NCBI GenBank assembly: GCA_041548245.1
Contig: JBFESZ010000003.1
Span: 1 to 44,797 of the forward strand
Direction of reading: 5' to 3'
Source of the DNA: Sulfurimonadaceae bacterium
Lineage (GTDB): Bacteria > Campylobacterota > Campylobacteria > Campylobacterales > Sulfurimonadaceae
DNA length: 44,797 bases
Shown here piece after piece: positions 8,769 through 19,514 of this stretch. How positions within the stretch are numbered: the stretch's first letter is position 1; every line of letters begins with the position of its first letter. A model generated the notes under the pieces. That model was not told the DNA's origin. It saw nothing but the letters and a program-made list of their open reading frames with translations, and made no database searches. Position numbers and translations under genes: made by a program.

Positions 8769-10026
8769 AAGTCACTCCTTGACTTTTTTCAATATAGGCT
8801 TCAAATTCATCTCTGAAACGTACGATGAAACCTTCAATAACCATAGCTACAGCAGGAGCAAAGACACAGATCGTCTTTCCGTTCATCGTCTTCGCAATAT
8901 CATTGAGAAGTTCGATATCGTCTCTTTTGGCTTTATAGCCGAGCATGTTGGAAATAATACCATCTACCCAGGCTGTCCCCTCTCTGCAGGGAGTACACTG
9001 GCCACAGGACTCATGGTGATAAAAGCTTAGAAGGTTTTTAAGAGCCGAGACCATACAGGTGTCCTCATCCATAACAATCATGCCCCCTGTACCCAGAGAT
9101 GAACCAATAGCACGCATGGACTCGTAGTCGAGTCTTGCTTCTTTGACCTCTTTTGCAGAGAGTACCGGCGTTGAAGCCCCTCCAGGAATAACAGCTTTGA
9201 GTTTTTTGCCATTTTTGACCCCTCCACCTATTCTATCGATAAACTCTTGCATCGACTCGCCAAAAGCCATTTCGTAAATACCCGGATTGTTGATATGGCC
9301 GCTCAGACCAAAAAGCAGAGTGCCGGGACTCTTTTCTGTCCCAAAAGCTCGGTAGGCTGAGGCCCCGTTGTTGATAATAAAGGGTACTGTCGCAATTGTC
9401 TCCACATTGTTCACCAGTGTCGGATTACCGAAAAAGTACTCTGGAGAGGGCACATGAGGCTTGAGCCGTGGATGACCACGGTTTCCTTCCAAAGATTCGA
9501 GCAATGCTGATTTCTCGCCACAGATATAGGCACCTGCACCACGGTGTACTGTGATATCCACACGGTAGTCGAAGCCTTTTACTCTATGGCCAAGAAGTCC
9601 CTCTTCGTAGGCCTCATCAATGGCCTTGTTCAAACGGTCAGCGAAGAACTTGTACTCGCCGCGGATATAGATATAGGCATCATGTGCTCCGATGGCGTAG
9701 CAGCTTAAGATGACACCTTCGATAAGAAGGTGGGGGTCATACTGAAGGATCTGTCTGTCTTTAAAGGTTCCCGGTTCGCTCTCGTCAGCATTGACAACAA
9801 GGTAGGATGTCTCTTCTTCCCGCGAGACAAGGCACCATTTGGGACCTGTAGGAGCACCTCCGCCCCCTTTGCCGCGCAACCCACTTTTTTCGATCTCGCT
9901 CTCTATGGCATAGGCAGGTTTTTTGAAGGCTTCATCCAGACTCTCATAGGCACCATGTCGCTTGGCAACTTGAAGCATATAAGCATTTTCAATATCAAAC
10001 CTTTGACTGACAATCCTTGTTATCAT
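8761..10026 (-). CDS. nuoF: Complex I flavoprotein subunit F with a variant nucleotide-binding pocket
   Basis: SGLRGKGGGG, NADESEPGTFKD, GAGAYICGE, NNVET, ESCGQCTPCREG and TIC (FMN and N3 ligands). Confidence 0.96.
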   Translation of the reverse strand: MITRIVSQRFDIENAYMLQVAKRHGAYESLDEAFKKPAYAIESEIEKSGLRGKGGGGAPTGPKWCLVSREEETSYLVVNADESEPGTFKDRQILQYDPHLLIEGVILSCYAIGAHDAYIYIRGEYKFFADRLNKAIDEAYEEGLLGHRVKGFDYRVDITVHRGAGAYICGEKSALLESLEGNRGHPRLKPHVPSPEYFFGNPTLVNNVETIATVPFIINNGASAYRAFGTEKSPGTLLFGLSGHINNPGIYEMAFGESMQEFIDRIGGGVKNGKKLKAVIPGGASTPVLSAKEVKEARLDYESMRAIGSSLGTGGMIVMDEDTCMVSALKNLLSFYHHESCGQCTPCREGTAWVDGIISNMLGYKAKRDDIELLNDIAKTMNGKTICVFAPAVAMVIEGFIVRFRDEFEAYIEKSQGVTYA

Positions 10027-10493
10027 GATAAGAACCTTCTAAGCAGTGCTTTTGTCGACTCAGGCGTAAGGTTTTCATAATACTCTTCATTCAAACAGAG
10101 CATAGGCGCTCCTCCGCAGGCGCCCAGGCACTCGACTTCACTAAGTTTAAAAAGCTCTGTACTTTCACCCACTTTGATGCCCAACTCATCCTCAATGGAT
10201 TTTAGAATATCAGCCTTACCGCAAAGTTCGCAGGAAAGGGTTTTGCAGACTTGAATATGATACTTGGCAACAGGTTCAAGATGGAACATTGTGTAAAAAG
10301 TAGCGACACCGTACAGATGTGCTTGCGGGACTTCAAGTCTCTTTGCCAGGTAAGCCATCGCCTCAGAGGAGATATATCCCTGCTGATACTGCACCATCCA
10401 GAGTGAAGGCAGAACCAGGGATTTTTTCTCGGGATAACGCGGTAGAAGATTTTGAAACTGTGCTTCATGCTCTTCATTGAAGACAAAACTCAT
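10023..10493 (-). CDS. nuoE: NADH-quinone oxidoreductase subunit E ([2Fe-2S])
   Basis: VATFYTMF, CKTLSC, ECLGACGGAP. Confidence 0.96.
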   Translation of the reverse strand: MSFVFNEEHEAQFQNLLPRYPEKKSLVLPSLWMVQYQQGYISSEAMAYLAKRLEVPQAHLYGVATFYTMFHLEPVAKYHIQVCKTLSCELCGKADILKSIEDELGIKVGESTELFKLSEVECLGACGGAPMLCLNEEYYENLTPESTKALLRRFLS

Positions 10494-12187
10494 CTATCCA
10501 TCTCCCCAGCGATGATATTGATGCTTCCTAGATTCAAGATGGCATCAGAGAGCATACTTCCTTCTACCATCGTACTGTAGGCGCTCATTGCCGAAAAGCT
10601 AGGTGCTTTTACCTTGACTTTGTGTGGATATCCACTTCCATTGGAGACGATGAAAAAACCAAGTTCGCCATTGGTCGCTTCAATGGAACTGTAATATTCC
10701 TGTGCAGGGACCTTGACCCCTTCATAGATCAGTTTGAACTGATTCATGGTCCCCTCAATACTTCCATAGACACTCTCTTTTTTGGGAAGAACAACGGATG
10801 GCTCATCTGCACAGATAGGCCCGTCGGGTATATTGCCAAGCAGCTGCTTCATGATGCGAAGGCTTTGTCTGATCTCTTCGAATCTGACCATGACCCTATC
10901 ATAAATATCGCCAACTGATCCTATGGCCACATCGAAGTCGAGTTGATCATAGAAATAGTAAGGGGTGTTGACACGCATATCGAAATTAACGCCTGAAGCC
11001 CTTAGGTTTGGCCCGCATAGCCCAAGTTTTATAGCCTGATCTGCTGAGACACTGCATATATTCTGTGTTCTATCGTGAAAGATGCGGTTATGCTCAACCA
11101 GGCTCAAGGCATCGGTGACACCATCTTCGATCTCTTTCATAATGATACGCAAATCGGCTTCGTAGCCTTCATAGAGGTCATAGCTCATCCCTCCTATACG
11201 CATATAAGAGTTGGTCAGTCTTGCCCCTGTGAGTTTAGAGAAGAAGGTATAGGCCGATTCTCTTGGGTTATACAAGTACCAGTAGTTCGTCAATGCTCCC
11301 ATATCTACCAGTTGGGCAGCAAGGCAGACGAGATGATTGATGATACGTGAGAGTTCCATAATCAGTACACGTACCATGATCGCCCTATCAGGCAGGGTGA
11401 TACCCAGCATCTCTTCAACCGTCTTTGCAAAAGCAATATTATTCGTCGTAGCTGAGCAGTAGTCGAGTCTGTCTGTATAGGGAATGATCTGGTTGTAGGT
11501 ATGATTTTCACAACTTTTTTCAAAGCCTCTGTGAAGATACCCAATCTCGGATACATTAGCAATGATCGTCTCTCCATCCATGGCGCAGAAGTTTCGGATT
11601 GTTCCGTGTGTAGCAGGGTGAGAAGGCCCTATGTTGATAAACATCAGGTCCCTGGAAGAGTCTGTAAAACTGCCATCTTGTTGTTTGGAGATCAGCCCTT
11701 TTTCAAAAAGCTTTTCATTCATTTGTGGCATCAAGTCCTGCGCTTGTGTACAGAACTGTCCTTTGGTTGTCGGATAATCTCGTCTGAGAGGATGTCCTTT
11801 AAACTGCCAATGGTTCAAAATACGTTGCAGGTTAGGGTGCCCCTCAAAGTTGATGCCATATTGATCATAACATTCACGCTCAAGCCAGTCTGCAGATGGA
11901 TAAATCGAAGTGACACTTGCACATTTCTCTTGCGAGAGATAGGCCTTTAATAGGATAAACTCTTTGAACTCCCGATCACGGATAATATAAACAAGAGCAA
12001 AACGAGAAGGATGGAAACCTGGATAATCAAGATAATCTACAACAGTAATGTCCAGAAGCATTGTCCCGCCTGATTCATAGGCACGCTTAACACTCTCATA
12101 AATCTGGTTCTCATCGACAAGAAGGGTGTTTGACTTTTCATTGAATTTGGCATCGGGGTAGTTTTTACGAAGGAGGTTAAGCATCAT
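10490..12187 (-). CDS. nuoCD: Fused NADH-quinone oxidoreductase subunit C/D
   Basis: NuoC part ([27 protein letters not shown]) in frame with NuoD part ([28 protein letters not shown]); start placed at ATG 12187 (12184 also possible) behind AGGA. Confidence 0.95.
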   Translation of the reverse strand: MMLNLLRKNYPDAKFNEKSNTLLVDENQIYESVKRAYESGGTMLLDITVVDYLDYPGFHPSRFALVYIIRDREFKEFILLKAYLSQEKCASVTSIYPSADWLERECYDQYGINFEGHPNLQRILNHWQFKGHPLRRDYPTTKGQFCTQAQDLMPQMNEKLFEKGLISKQQDGSFTDSSRDLMFINIGPSHPATHGTIRNFCAMDGETIIANVSEIGYLHRGFEKSCENHTYNQIIPYTDRLDYCSATTNNIAFAKTVEEMLGITLPDRAIMVRVLIMELSRIINHLVCLAAQLVDMGALTNYWYLYNPRESAYTFFSKLTGARLTNSYMRIGGMSYDLYEGYEADLRIIMKEIEDGVTDALSLVEHNRIFHDRTQNICSVSADQAIKLGLCGPNLRASGVNFDMRVNTPYYFYDQLDFDVAIGSVGDIYDRVMVRFEEIRQSLRIMKQLLGNIPDGPICADEPSVVLPKKESVYGSIEGTMNQFKLIYEGVKVPAQEYYSSIEATNGELGFFIVSNGSGYPHKVKVKAPSFSAMSAYSTMVEGSMLSDAILNLGSINIIAGEMDR

Positions 12188-12686
12188 CGAGCTTTCCTGA
12201 GAACTCTTCTTTTCTCTCTTTGGAGAGAGAATCATGTTTAAGCTCTTTTTGGACCATCATGATAGCATCGAGGAGGGATTCTGGACGTGGTGGGCAACCA
12301 GCGACGTAGACATCAACAGGAATGATTTCATCAATGCCTTGGAGGGTAGTGTAGTTGTCGTAGAACCCACCGGAACAGGCACAAGCCCCCATGGAGACCA
12401 CCCATCTTGGTTCGGGCATTTGATCATAGATCTGCTTAAGTATGGGAGCTTGTTTGTAAGAAATTGTGCCTGCAACGATCAAAAGGTCCGCCTGTCGGGG
12501 CGAAAAACGTACGACTTCCGCGCCGAAGCGAGAAATATCATACTTACTTGCGGCTGTACTCATAAACTCGATTGCACAGCAGGCCGTACCAAAGACAAAA
12601 GGCCATAAAGAAGATTCTCTGGCCCAGTTGACGACATCATCAACCCGTGTTGTGATAACAGCGTCTCCCAAAAGCGCTACTCCCAT
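12177..12686 (-). CDS. nuoB: NADH-quinone oxidoreductase subunit B
   Basis: [30 protein letters not shown]. Confidence 0.97.
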   Translation of the reverse strand: MGVALLGDAVITTRVDDVVNWARESSLWPFVFGTACCAIEFMSTAASKYDISRFGAEVVRFSPRQADLLIVAGTISYKQAPILKQIYDQMPEPRWVVSMGACACSGGFYDNYTTLQGIDEIIPVDVYVAGCPPRPESLLDAIMMVQKELKHDSLSKERKEEFSGKLDDA

Positions 12687-13039
12687 TTTAGCGCTCCTTT
12701 TTTGTAGATGTACATCAAGCCGGCAAGTAGCAAGCCCATAAAGCTAAACATCTCGATAAGACCAAAAAAGCCAAGTTCGCGTACATTGACTGCCCATGGG
12801 AACATAAAGAGAGTCTCTACATCAAAAAGGATGAAAATGATGGCGACGAGATAGTATTTGATGTTAAAGCGTTCAAAGCTGTCTTTAACAGTAAGTCTGA
12901 TCCCGCTTTCATAGACTTCATTTTTGGCTTTGCCTTCACTCTTTATACGGCCCAATTTCCGTGTCATATGAATCATGAAAGGGATGAATATGAGCAGGAA
13001 GAGAATTGTACCGGATGAGAGGACCAAATCTGTATTCAT
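12677..13039 (-). CDS. nuoA: NADH-quinone oxidoreductase subunit A
   Basis: [29 protein letters not shown]. Confidence 0.96.
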   Translation of the reverse strand: MNTDLVLSSGTILFLLIFIPFMIHMTRKLGRIKSEGKAKNEVYESGIRLTVKDSFERFNIKYYLVAIIFILFDVETLFMFPWAVNVRELGFFGLIEMFSFMGLLLAGLMYIYKKGALKWE

Positions 13040-13149
13040 ATTATCACCAAAAATTATAGTTTATAGACATATCTTAGTCTTCGAATAGTTAATATTGGTT
13101 TAAAGCAGTGTATTACAAGAGGAAGCTTATGCGGAGGTATGAAGGGTCT

Positions 13150-14079
13150 CTAGGGAATATATATTTTGTCCTGCATCTCCTGATATTCGCATAGGGCACT
13201 GCTTTCGAGAGTTATGCCGCCACCACTTTTATAGACAAGCCCTTGAGCACTCTTTTCAATAAAACGGATCATGACTGCAGAGTCAAAGCTCTCCCCGTCG
13301 AAATAACCGAATACGCCGCTGAAGTATCCACGTTCATACCCTTCGACCTCTTGAATGATCTCAAGCGTTCTTTTTTTTGGGGTACCACTGATACTTCCAG
13401 CGGGCAGAAGGGTCTGAATGATTTCTCCCAGTCTGCTCGGCCAGTCCGATTCAAGGGTCCCTTCGATTTCCGAACTGACTTGAAGAAGCTCTTTATCACC
13501 GGCTTTTATTTTGTCAATGTAGCGGAAACGATTTACTTTGACATGTTTTGACACCATTGAGAGATCATTCCTAAGTAGATCAACGACCATTACATGTTCA
13601 GCCATCTCTTTTGCATTGGCCAGTATTTTGGCCCGGGCATCATCAATTGAAGCATCTATAGTGCCTTTCATAGGAAAGGTATAGATACGATTTCCTTTTA
13701 TCTGAACAAAGCGTTCTGGTGAAAAACAGACAAATCTGTCCTGAACCCGAAGTTTGAAAGCAGCGTTGGCACAATCATAGATCTCTTTTAAAGAGAGTGG
13801 AGTATCTACAGGTGTCTGGCAGGTATAGTTCAAAAGGTAGGTTTCACCGGATCTTATTTTTTCAAGAATGGCATCAAAGCCTTGTTTATAGGCAGTGAAC
13901 TCTTGGGGATGCGCAATGAGTCGACACCTGTGTTGTCTGTACTCTTTTGAATCAATAAGGAACTCAATATCAGCCTCTTTTAGCTCATCTAAGGTGTATA
14001 CATTGGTTTGGGTGGCATCAAAATTGGTATAAAAAAGAAAAGGAGTTTTGCTTGCAGCAAGAGAACTAAGGCGCTTCAT
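13150..14079 (-). CDS. pabB: Aminodeoxychorismate synthase component I (short PabB)
   Basis: SPERF, PMKGT, KEMAEHVMVVDLLRND, PAGSISGTPK, SAVMIR, SGGGIT chorismate-binding motifs. Confidence 0.85.
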   Translation of the reverse strand: MKRLSSLAASKTPFLFYTNFDATQTNVYTLDELKEADIEFLIDSKEYRQHRCRLIAHPQEFTAYKQGFDAILEKIRSGETYLLNYTCQTPVDTPLSLKEIYDCANAAFKLRVQDRFVCFSPERFVQIKGNRIYTFPMKGTIDASIDDARAKILANAKEMAEHVMVVDLLRNDLSMVSKHVKVNRFRYIDKIKAGDKELLQVSSEIEGTLESDWPSRLGEIIQTLLPAGSISGTPKKRTLEIIQEVEGYERGYFSGVFGYFDGESFDSAVMIRFIEKSAQGLVYKSGGGITLESSALCEYQEMQDKIYIP

Positions 14080-14080
14080 T

Positions 14081-14953
14081 TCATCCTAAGATAAGTTTCT
14101 TTAAGACTGCCATACGTACGAAGACGCCATTTTCAACCTGTTTGAGGACCTTACATCGGTTATCGGCCAACATCTCGTCATCGATGTCGATATTTCTATG
14201 TACCGGTCCGGGATGTAAGAGAATAATATCTCTGTCCCCAATCAACTCTTTGGTGATGCAGAAATCGCTGGCATAATCTTTTAAAGAAGCATATGTCGGA
14301 TGCTCATGACGCTCTGTCTGTGTACGCAGACTCATGATTACATCGACTTCATCGATGATCTCTTCTAAGTGATGGGTATGACGAAGTGATGTCGGTGGCA
14401 GGAAGTGAGGAGGTGTTACCAAAATAATTTCCATCCCTGCCCGGGTAAGGAGTTCGATGTTGCTGTTGGCAACTCTCGAATTTTTGATATCGCCGACGAT
14501 TGCTATCTTTTTCCCTTTGACATCTCCAAAATGCTCTTTCATAGTAAACAGATCAAGCAGAGCCTGTGTAGGATGGGCATGTGCACCGTCGCCGGCATTG
14601 ATAATAGGTGCTTTGGTGTGTTGTGAAAGAATCTTGGGTACACCGGCATTAGCATGGCGGACGATGATCGCATTTGGGCCCATAGCATCGAGGTTCATCG
14701 CGGTGTCTGTAAGTGTCTCGCCTTTTGCCGTTGAACTCTTGGCCACATCAAGATGGACTATCTGCGCTCCAAGACGCTTTGCTGCAATCTCAAAAGAAGA
14801 GCGAGTACGTGTCGAGTTTTCAAAAAAGAGGGTGATAATGATCTTGTCTTGTAGGAGCGGGACGACATGACCCTCTTTGAAACGTACAGCATCAGCATAG
14901 AGCTCTTGAATCTCTTCAAGTGTCAAATCATGTGTTTTAATCAGATGCTGCAT
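14081..14953 (-). CDS. pyrB: Aspartate carbamoyltransferase catalytic subunit
   Basis: [36 protein letters not shown]. Confidence 0.97.
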   Translation of the reverse strand: MQHLIKTHDLTLEEIQELYADAVRFKEGHVVPLLQDKIIITLFFENSTRTRSSFEIAAKRLGAQIVHLDVAKSSTAKGETLTDTAMNLDAMGPNAIIVRHANAGVPKILSQHTKAPIINAGDGAHAHPTQALLDLFTMKEHFGDVKGKKIAIVGDIKNSRVANSNIELLTRAGMEIILVTPPHFLPPTSLRHTHHLEEIIDEVDVIMSLRTQTERHEHPTYASLKDYASDFCITKELIGDRDIILLHPGPVHRNIDIDDEMLADNRCKVLKQVENGVFVRMAVLKKLILG

Positions 14954-14976
14954 CAGTTCCCCTTTTGTTTGTGAAA

Positions 14977-15603
14977 TTATAGCTTATTTGCAATCTCTTT
15001 AATGTCGTTTTGCAAGCTTAAAAACTTTTTTTTGTAAAAAGGTGCTGTAACTTGTTCAAAACTATCTCTGTCTGCATAAAGGTTGATGGCCCATGTATAG
15101 GGTATCTTTTTACTTTCAAGTAGAAAGCGGCTAAGTAGGGTGTCATTGATGGAACCTAAACGACTAGGGCAAATAAGCAGGACTGAAGTGTTGAAAAAAG
15201 AGATGAAGTCAACCATATACAGATCCTCTTCAACCGGGACCATAAGACCGCCTGCACCTTCAATCAGAACCACATCACAATATTTCTCGATCTGCTCAAG
15301 TCTGCTTTGGATGTAATTCAGATCGATTTTCTGATCTCCTTTGGCTACATAGGGGGCAGCCGGAAGTCTGAACTGATAGGGGACGATGGTGTCAAGTTTC
15401 AAGCTGGCAAGTTCAGGGTTGAGCCTCTTAGCCAGCTCAAACAGTTTTTTTCCATCAAGAGGCTCATTCTCAACACCTGTTTCTATGGGTTTGAATACAC
15501 CTACTTTAAAGCCTTGAGACGCAAACTCCTCTAAAAGCAAAGAAGTTGCATAGGTCTTTCCTATATCTGTGTTGGTGGCGGTGATAAAGATACGTTTACT
15601 CAT
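14977..15603 (-). CDS. bioD: Dethiobiotin synthetase
   Basis: [30 protein letters not shown] at 15603 preferred over TTG at 15609. Confidence 0.95.
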   Translation of the reverse strand: MSKRIFITATNTDIGKTYATSLLLEEFASQGFKVGVFKPIETGVENEPLDGKKLFELAKRLNPELASLKLDTIVPYQFRLPAAPYVAKGDQKIDLNYIQSRLEQIEKYCDVVLIEGAGGLMVPVEEDLYMVDFISFFNTSVLLICPSRLGSINDTLLSRFLLESKKIPYTWAINLYADRDSFEQVTAPFYKKKFLSLQNDIKEIANKL

Positions 15604-15618
15604 GTTCAATTCTTTGGA

Positions 15619-15636
15619 TATAATTGCGTTATTATA
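15619..15636. promoter_or_regulatory. Overlapping divergent -10 boxes for bioD and the PLP enzyme gene
   Basis: TATAAT on + at 15619-15624 and on - at 15631-15636 within a 58-bp intergenic gap. Confidence 0.55.
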
Positions 15637-15661
15637 ACCTTAGAATGGAAAAAGCAACATT

Positions 15662-16900
15662 ATGGAAAGATTTGAAGAGTATTCAACGTATTTTGTACAA
15701 GAGATCGGTTCAAAAGAAGGGGCTGTCTCACCGTCAATCACACAGTCTGCATCATTTGGCTATGGTGACAGTGAGACAGGCGAAGGAATCTTTGACGGTT
15801 CCGTAAAAAAACCGCTTTATTCGCGTGTGGGAAACCCCACAACAGCAAAACTTGAGAATATACTGGCAAAGATGGACGGCGGTATTGGTGCTGTCTGTAC
15901 AAGTTCCGGGATGGGCGCGACAACGTTGGCCTGTATGTCTATTGTTTCAGCCGGTGATGAGATTATAAGTGTAGGAGGACTTTTTGGCGGGACCTATGCA
16001 CTTTTCACTGAGACGCTTTCTCGTTTTGGTGTATCGACGAAGTTTTTTGATGTTGACGAATTCGAGGCAATTGAAGCAGCGATCACGCCGCACACGAAGA
16101 TTATCTATTTAGAGTCTGTTGGGAACCCGAATATGCGTCTTCCTGATATTAAAGCATTATCAGCTATCGCTACCAAACATGGGGTTGTATTGATGGTGGA
16201 TAATACGATCACACCGATGAGCGTAAAACCATTTGAACTTGGTGCGGATATCGCTGTCTATTCCACAACAAAGATTATTTCTGGAAATGCCTCTGTGCTT
16301 GGTGGGGCAGCAGTATTCCGTGCTATTGATGTTGAGGGAGATGACAAGTTCAAGACAGAGCGCTACAAGGACATTCATAAGTTTATCAACAAGATGGGTG
16401 CGATGGCACTTATCCCTAATGCGAAGAAGCGTGCAATGCGTGATTTTGGTATGAGTGCCTCTGCCTTTTCATCTTACTTGACGATGCTTGGAATGGAGAC
16501 ACTTCCTCTACGTATGGACAGAGTGGTCAGCAGTGTTGAAAAAGTAGCTATTGCTTTAGACAAAGCAGGATTTGATATCAATCACCCATGCCTGCCTAAA
16601 CACCCTCATCATGAGCGTTATAAGAGTGATTTTTCCCTGGGTTGTGGGACACTCCTTACTATCGATATGGGCACTAAGGAAAAGGCTTTTTCTTTCTTAG
16701 ATAGAACAAAACTGCCAATCATCACGGCTAACATCGGTGACAGCCGAACGCTTGCACTGCATATGGCTTCTACGATATACAGTGATTTTGATGATGAACA
16801 GAAGAAGTTTCTAGGTATTACTCCTGGTCTTATCCGTGTCTCCATTGGCCTGGAAAATCCGCAAGACATCATTGACGACTTTATTCAGGCTAATGCCTGA
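15662..16900 (+). CDS. Cys/Met metabolism PLP-dependent enzyme (O-acetyl/O-succinylhomoserine sulfhydrylase-like)
   Basis: YSRVGNPT, SSGMGA, LFGGT, VDNT, STTK (PLP lysine), ANIGDSR, RVSIGLE. Confidence 0.85.
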   Translation: MERFEEYSTYFVQEIGSKEGAVSPSITQSASFGYGDSETGEGIFDGSVKKPLYSRVGNPTTAKLENILAKMDGGIGAVCTSSGMGATTLACMSIVSAGDEIISVGGLFGGTYALFTETLSRFGVSTKFFDVDEFEAIEAAITPHTKIIYLESVGNPNMRLPDIKALSAIATKHGVVLMVDNTITPMSVKPFELGADIAVYSTTKIISGNASVLGGAAVFRAIDVEGDDKFKTERYKDIHKFINKMGAMALIPNAKKRAMRDFGMSASAFSSYLTMLGMETLPLRMDRVVSSVEKVAIALDKAGFDINHPCLPKHPHHERYKSDFSLGCGTLLTIDMGTKEKAFSFLDRTKLPIITANIGDSRTLALHMASTIYSDFDDEQKKFLGITPGLIRVSIGLENPQDIIDDFIQANA

Positions 16901-17031
16901 TCAAGTCTGAACCGCATTCAGCGCTTAGGCATTAATTCTTTGCTTTAAGCAAATCTACATACAAGACTCGATAAATTACAGAACAATATTATATATAAAA
17001 AATTTACATGTTTTCACGAAGGAGTCCCTCT

Positions 17032-17331
17032 TTGGCGACTAAAAAATCATTAGAATTTGATGACGATTTGGCTCTTAAAGAGCCTGAACGTTATAAAGTT
17101 TTATTGTTGAATGACGATTACTCCTCTATGGACTTTGTAATTGATATCTTGATGACTATTTTTCATAAATCATATGCAGAATCTGAAAGGATCATGTTGG
17201 AAGTACACAAAAACAACCGGGGGTTGTGTGGAGTGTATTCTTATGAGATCGCTGAGACAAAAGTCGCGCAAGTGACAAAGATTGCCAGAGAACAGGGCTT
17301 CCCGCTTAAAGCGATAATGGAGGAAGAGTGA
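17032..17331 (+). CDS. clpS: ATP-dependent Clp protease adaptor ClpS
   Basis: YKVLLLNDDY, MLEVH, EIAETK, FPL; TTG at 17032 lies 7 nt after AGGAG. Confidence 0.95.
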   Translation: MATKKSLEFDDDLALKEPERYKVLLLNDDYSSMDFVIDILMTIFHKSYAESERIMLEVHKNNRGLCGVYSYEIAETKVAQVTKIAREQGFPLKAIMEEE

Positions 17332-19514
17332 TGATTAGTAATGAACTTAATTCTGTTTTTCAAAAAGCTTTGACCTATGCCAAGGATCAACGCCATGAAT
17401 ATTTAACAATCGAACATGTTTTCTTTGCCTTACTCAGTTCAGACGAAGGTGTACGTATATTGAAAGAGTGTGGCGCTGACATTCATGCACTGCGTGAAGG
17501 TGTTGCCAAATACTTGAGTCAAAACATGGAACCACTTCCAGAGGAGATTGACCAGGAGCCATTTGAGACGGTTGCCCTTTCTCGCATGATTGATCAGATG
17601 ATACGTCATATCCAGTCGGCGCAAAAAGAGAATGCAAATGTTGGTGATCTTCTCGCGGCGCTTTTTGAAGAGAAACACTCGTATGCGGCTGTTCTTTTGG
17701 AACAACAGGATATTTCGCGTGTGGATGTCTTGGAGGTGATTTCACATCAGGATATCGACACTGAAAACGGCGAGACGTCCGATGAGAGCTTTTTATCGAA
17801 ATATGCGGTAGATCTTCTCGCACAGGCCAGAGCAGATAAAATCGATCCGGTAATCGGGCGAAGTACGGAAATTGAGCGCGTGGTTCAGACGCTATGCAGA
17901 CGTAAGAAGAACAATCCTCTTTTTGTCGGAGAACCTGGTGTCGGTAAGACAGCCATTGCTGAAGGTCTGGCCTTACGTATCGTTAATGAAGATGTGCCGG
18001 ACATGCTCAAAAATTCATCTCTGTTCGCCCTTGATTTGGGTGCGATGCTTGCAGGAACGAAATATAGGGGAGATTTTGAAAAACGCCTTAAAGGCGTGAT
18101 GGATGAGATTAAGCTCAAACCAAATGCGATTTTGTTCATTGACGAGATTCATACCCTTATCGGTGCGGGTGCAGTCAACGGTGGAAGTATGGATGCCTCA
18201 AATCAGCTCAAACCGGCGTTGGCTTCAGGTGCGATGAAATGTATGGGTGCTACGACCTATGCCGAGTATAGGAACGTTTTTGAAAAAGACAGAGCGCTTT
18301 CACGCCGTTTTGCTAAGATCGATATTGACGAGCCATCCATGGAGGATTCTTTTTTGATCCTCAAAGGACTGAAGCCTAAATATGAAGAACACCATAAGGT
18401 GAAATATACAGAAAAAGCACTTCGTTCTGCTGTTGAATTGTCAAAGAAGTATATCACCAATAGGTTCTTACCTGATGTGGCGATTGATCTTATCGATGAA
18501 GCCGGAGCCTCATTTCATCTTCAAAAGAAAAAACGCTCGACAGTGACACCTCATGATATTGAGAATATTATTTCAAAGATGACAGGTGTTCCAAGCTCAC
18601 GAATCAGTGATGATGATACCGAGAAACTCAAAACACTTGAAGCTGATATCAAAGCGAAAGTTATCGGACAAGACAGGGCAGTGGAGTTGGTCTCTCAAGC
18701 GATCAAGCGTTCGCGTGCCGGACTTAATCCACCGGATCGTCCGATTGCATCCTTCCTTTTTGCGGGGCCTACCGGTGTTGGTAAGACAGAGTTGGCAAAG
18801 AGTTTAGCTGATGTGTTGGGTGTGCACTTTGAACGATTTGATATGAGTGAGTATATGGAAAAACATGCACTCAGTCGTCTGGTGGGAGCACCTCCGGGTT
18901 ATGTGGGATATGAGCAAGGCGGGCTATTGACTGAGGCAGCACGTAAACACCCTTATATGATCTTGTTGTTGGACGAGATCGAAAAAGCCCATCCTGATCT
19001 GATCAATATACTGTTGCAGGTGATGGACCACGCCTCATTAACAGACAACAATGGTTATACGGCTGGATTTAAAAATGTCGTACTGATCATGACATCCAAC
19101 GTTGGTGCGACATCACGTGCGGTCATGGGATTTAACTCTGATGAAGACCTTTCACGTAATGAGGCTTTGAAAGACTTCTTCACGCCAGAGTTTAGAAACC
19201 GTCTGGATGCAGTAGTCGAGTTTTCTCCATTGAGTATTGAAGTGGTTGAAGGGATCGTTGACAAATTTATTGCAGAACTTAATGAGCAGCTCAAAGCGAA
19301 GAAGATATCGGTTATCTTGACAGCTCAAGCGAAACGATACTTTGCGGATAAAGGCTATGATAAGGCAATGGGTGCGAGACCGTTGAACAGATTGATTCAA
19401 GATGAATTGAAAAATCCGCTGACAGACAAGCTTCTTTTTGATGAACTTAAAGGTGAGATAGAGGTTGATGTAAAAGAGGGAAAAATCATTTTAAATGAGA
19501 CAGCACCGGCTTGA
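17331..19514 (+). CDS. clpA: ATP-dependent Clp protease ATP-binding subunit ClpA
   Basis: Two AAA+ modules (GEPGVGKT, GPTGVGKT), no ClpB middle domain, MGF ClpP-docking loop, TGATG overlap with clpS. Confidence 0.96.
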   Translation: MISNELNSVFQKALTYAKDQRHEYLTIEHVFFALLSSDEGVRILKECGADIHALREGVAKYLSQNMEPLPEEIDQEPFETVALSRMIDQMIRHIQSAQKENANVGDLLAALFEEKHSYAAVLLEQQDISRVDVLEVISHQDIDTENGETSDESFLSKYAVDLLAQARADKIDPVIGRSTEIERVVQTLCRRKKNNPLFVGEPGVGKTAIAEGLALRIVNEDVPDMLKNSSLFALDLGAMLAGTKYRGDFEKRLKGVMDEIKLKPNAILFIDEIHTLIGAGAVNGGSMDASNQLKPALASGAMKCMGATTYAEYRNVFEKDRALSRRFAKIDIDEPSMEDSFLILKGLKPKYEEHHKVKYTEKALRSAVELSKKYITNRFLPDVAIDLIDEAGASFHLQKKKRSTVTPHDIENIISKMTGVPSSRISDDDTEKLKTLEADIKAKVIGQDRAVELVSQAIKRSRAGLNPPDRPIASFLFAGPTGVGKTELAKSLADVLGVHFERFDMSEYMEKHALSRLVGAPPGYVGYEQGGLLTEAARKHPYMILLLDEIEKAHPDLINILLQVMDHASLTDNNGYTAGFKNVVLIMTSNVGATSRAVMGFNSDEDLSRNEALKDFFTPEFRNRLDAVVEFSPLSIEVVEGIVDKFIAELNEQLKAKKISVILTAQAKRYFADKGYDKAMGARPLNRLIQDELKNPLTDKLLFDELKGEIEVDVKEGKIILNETAPA

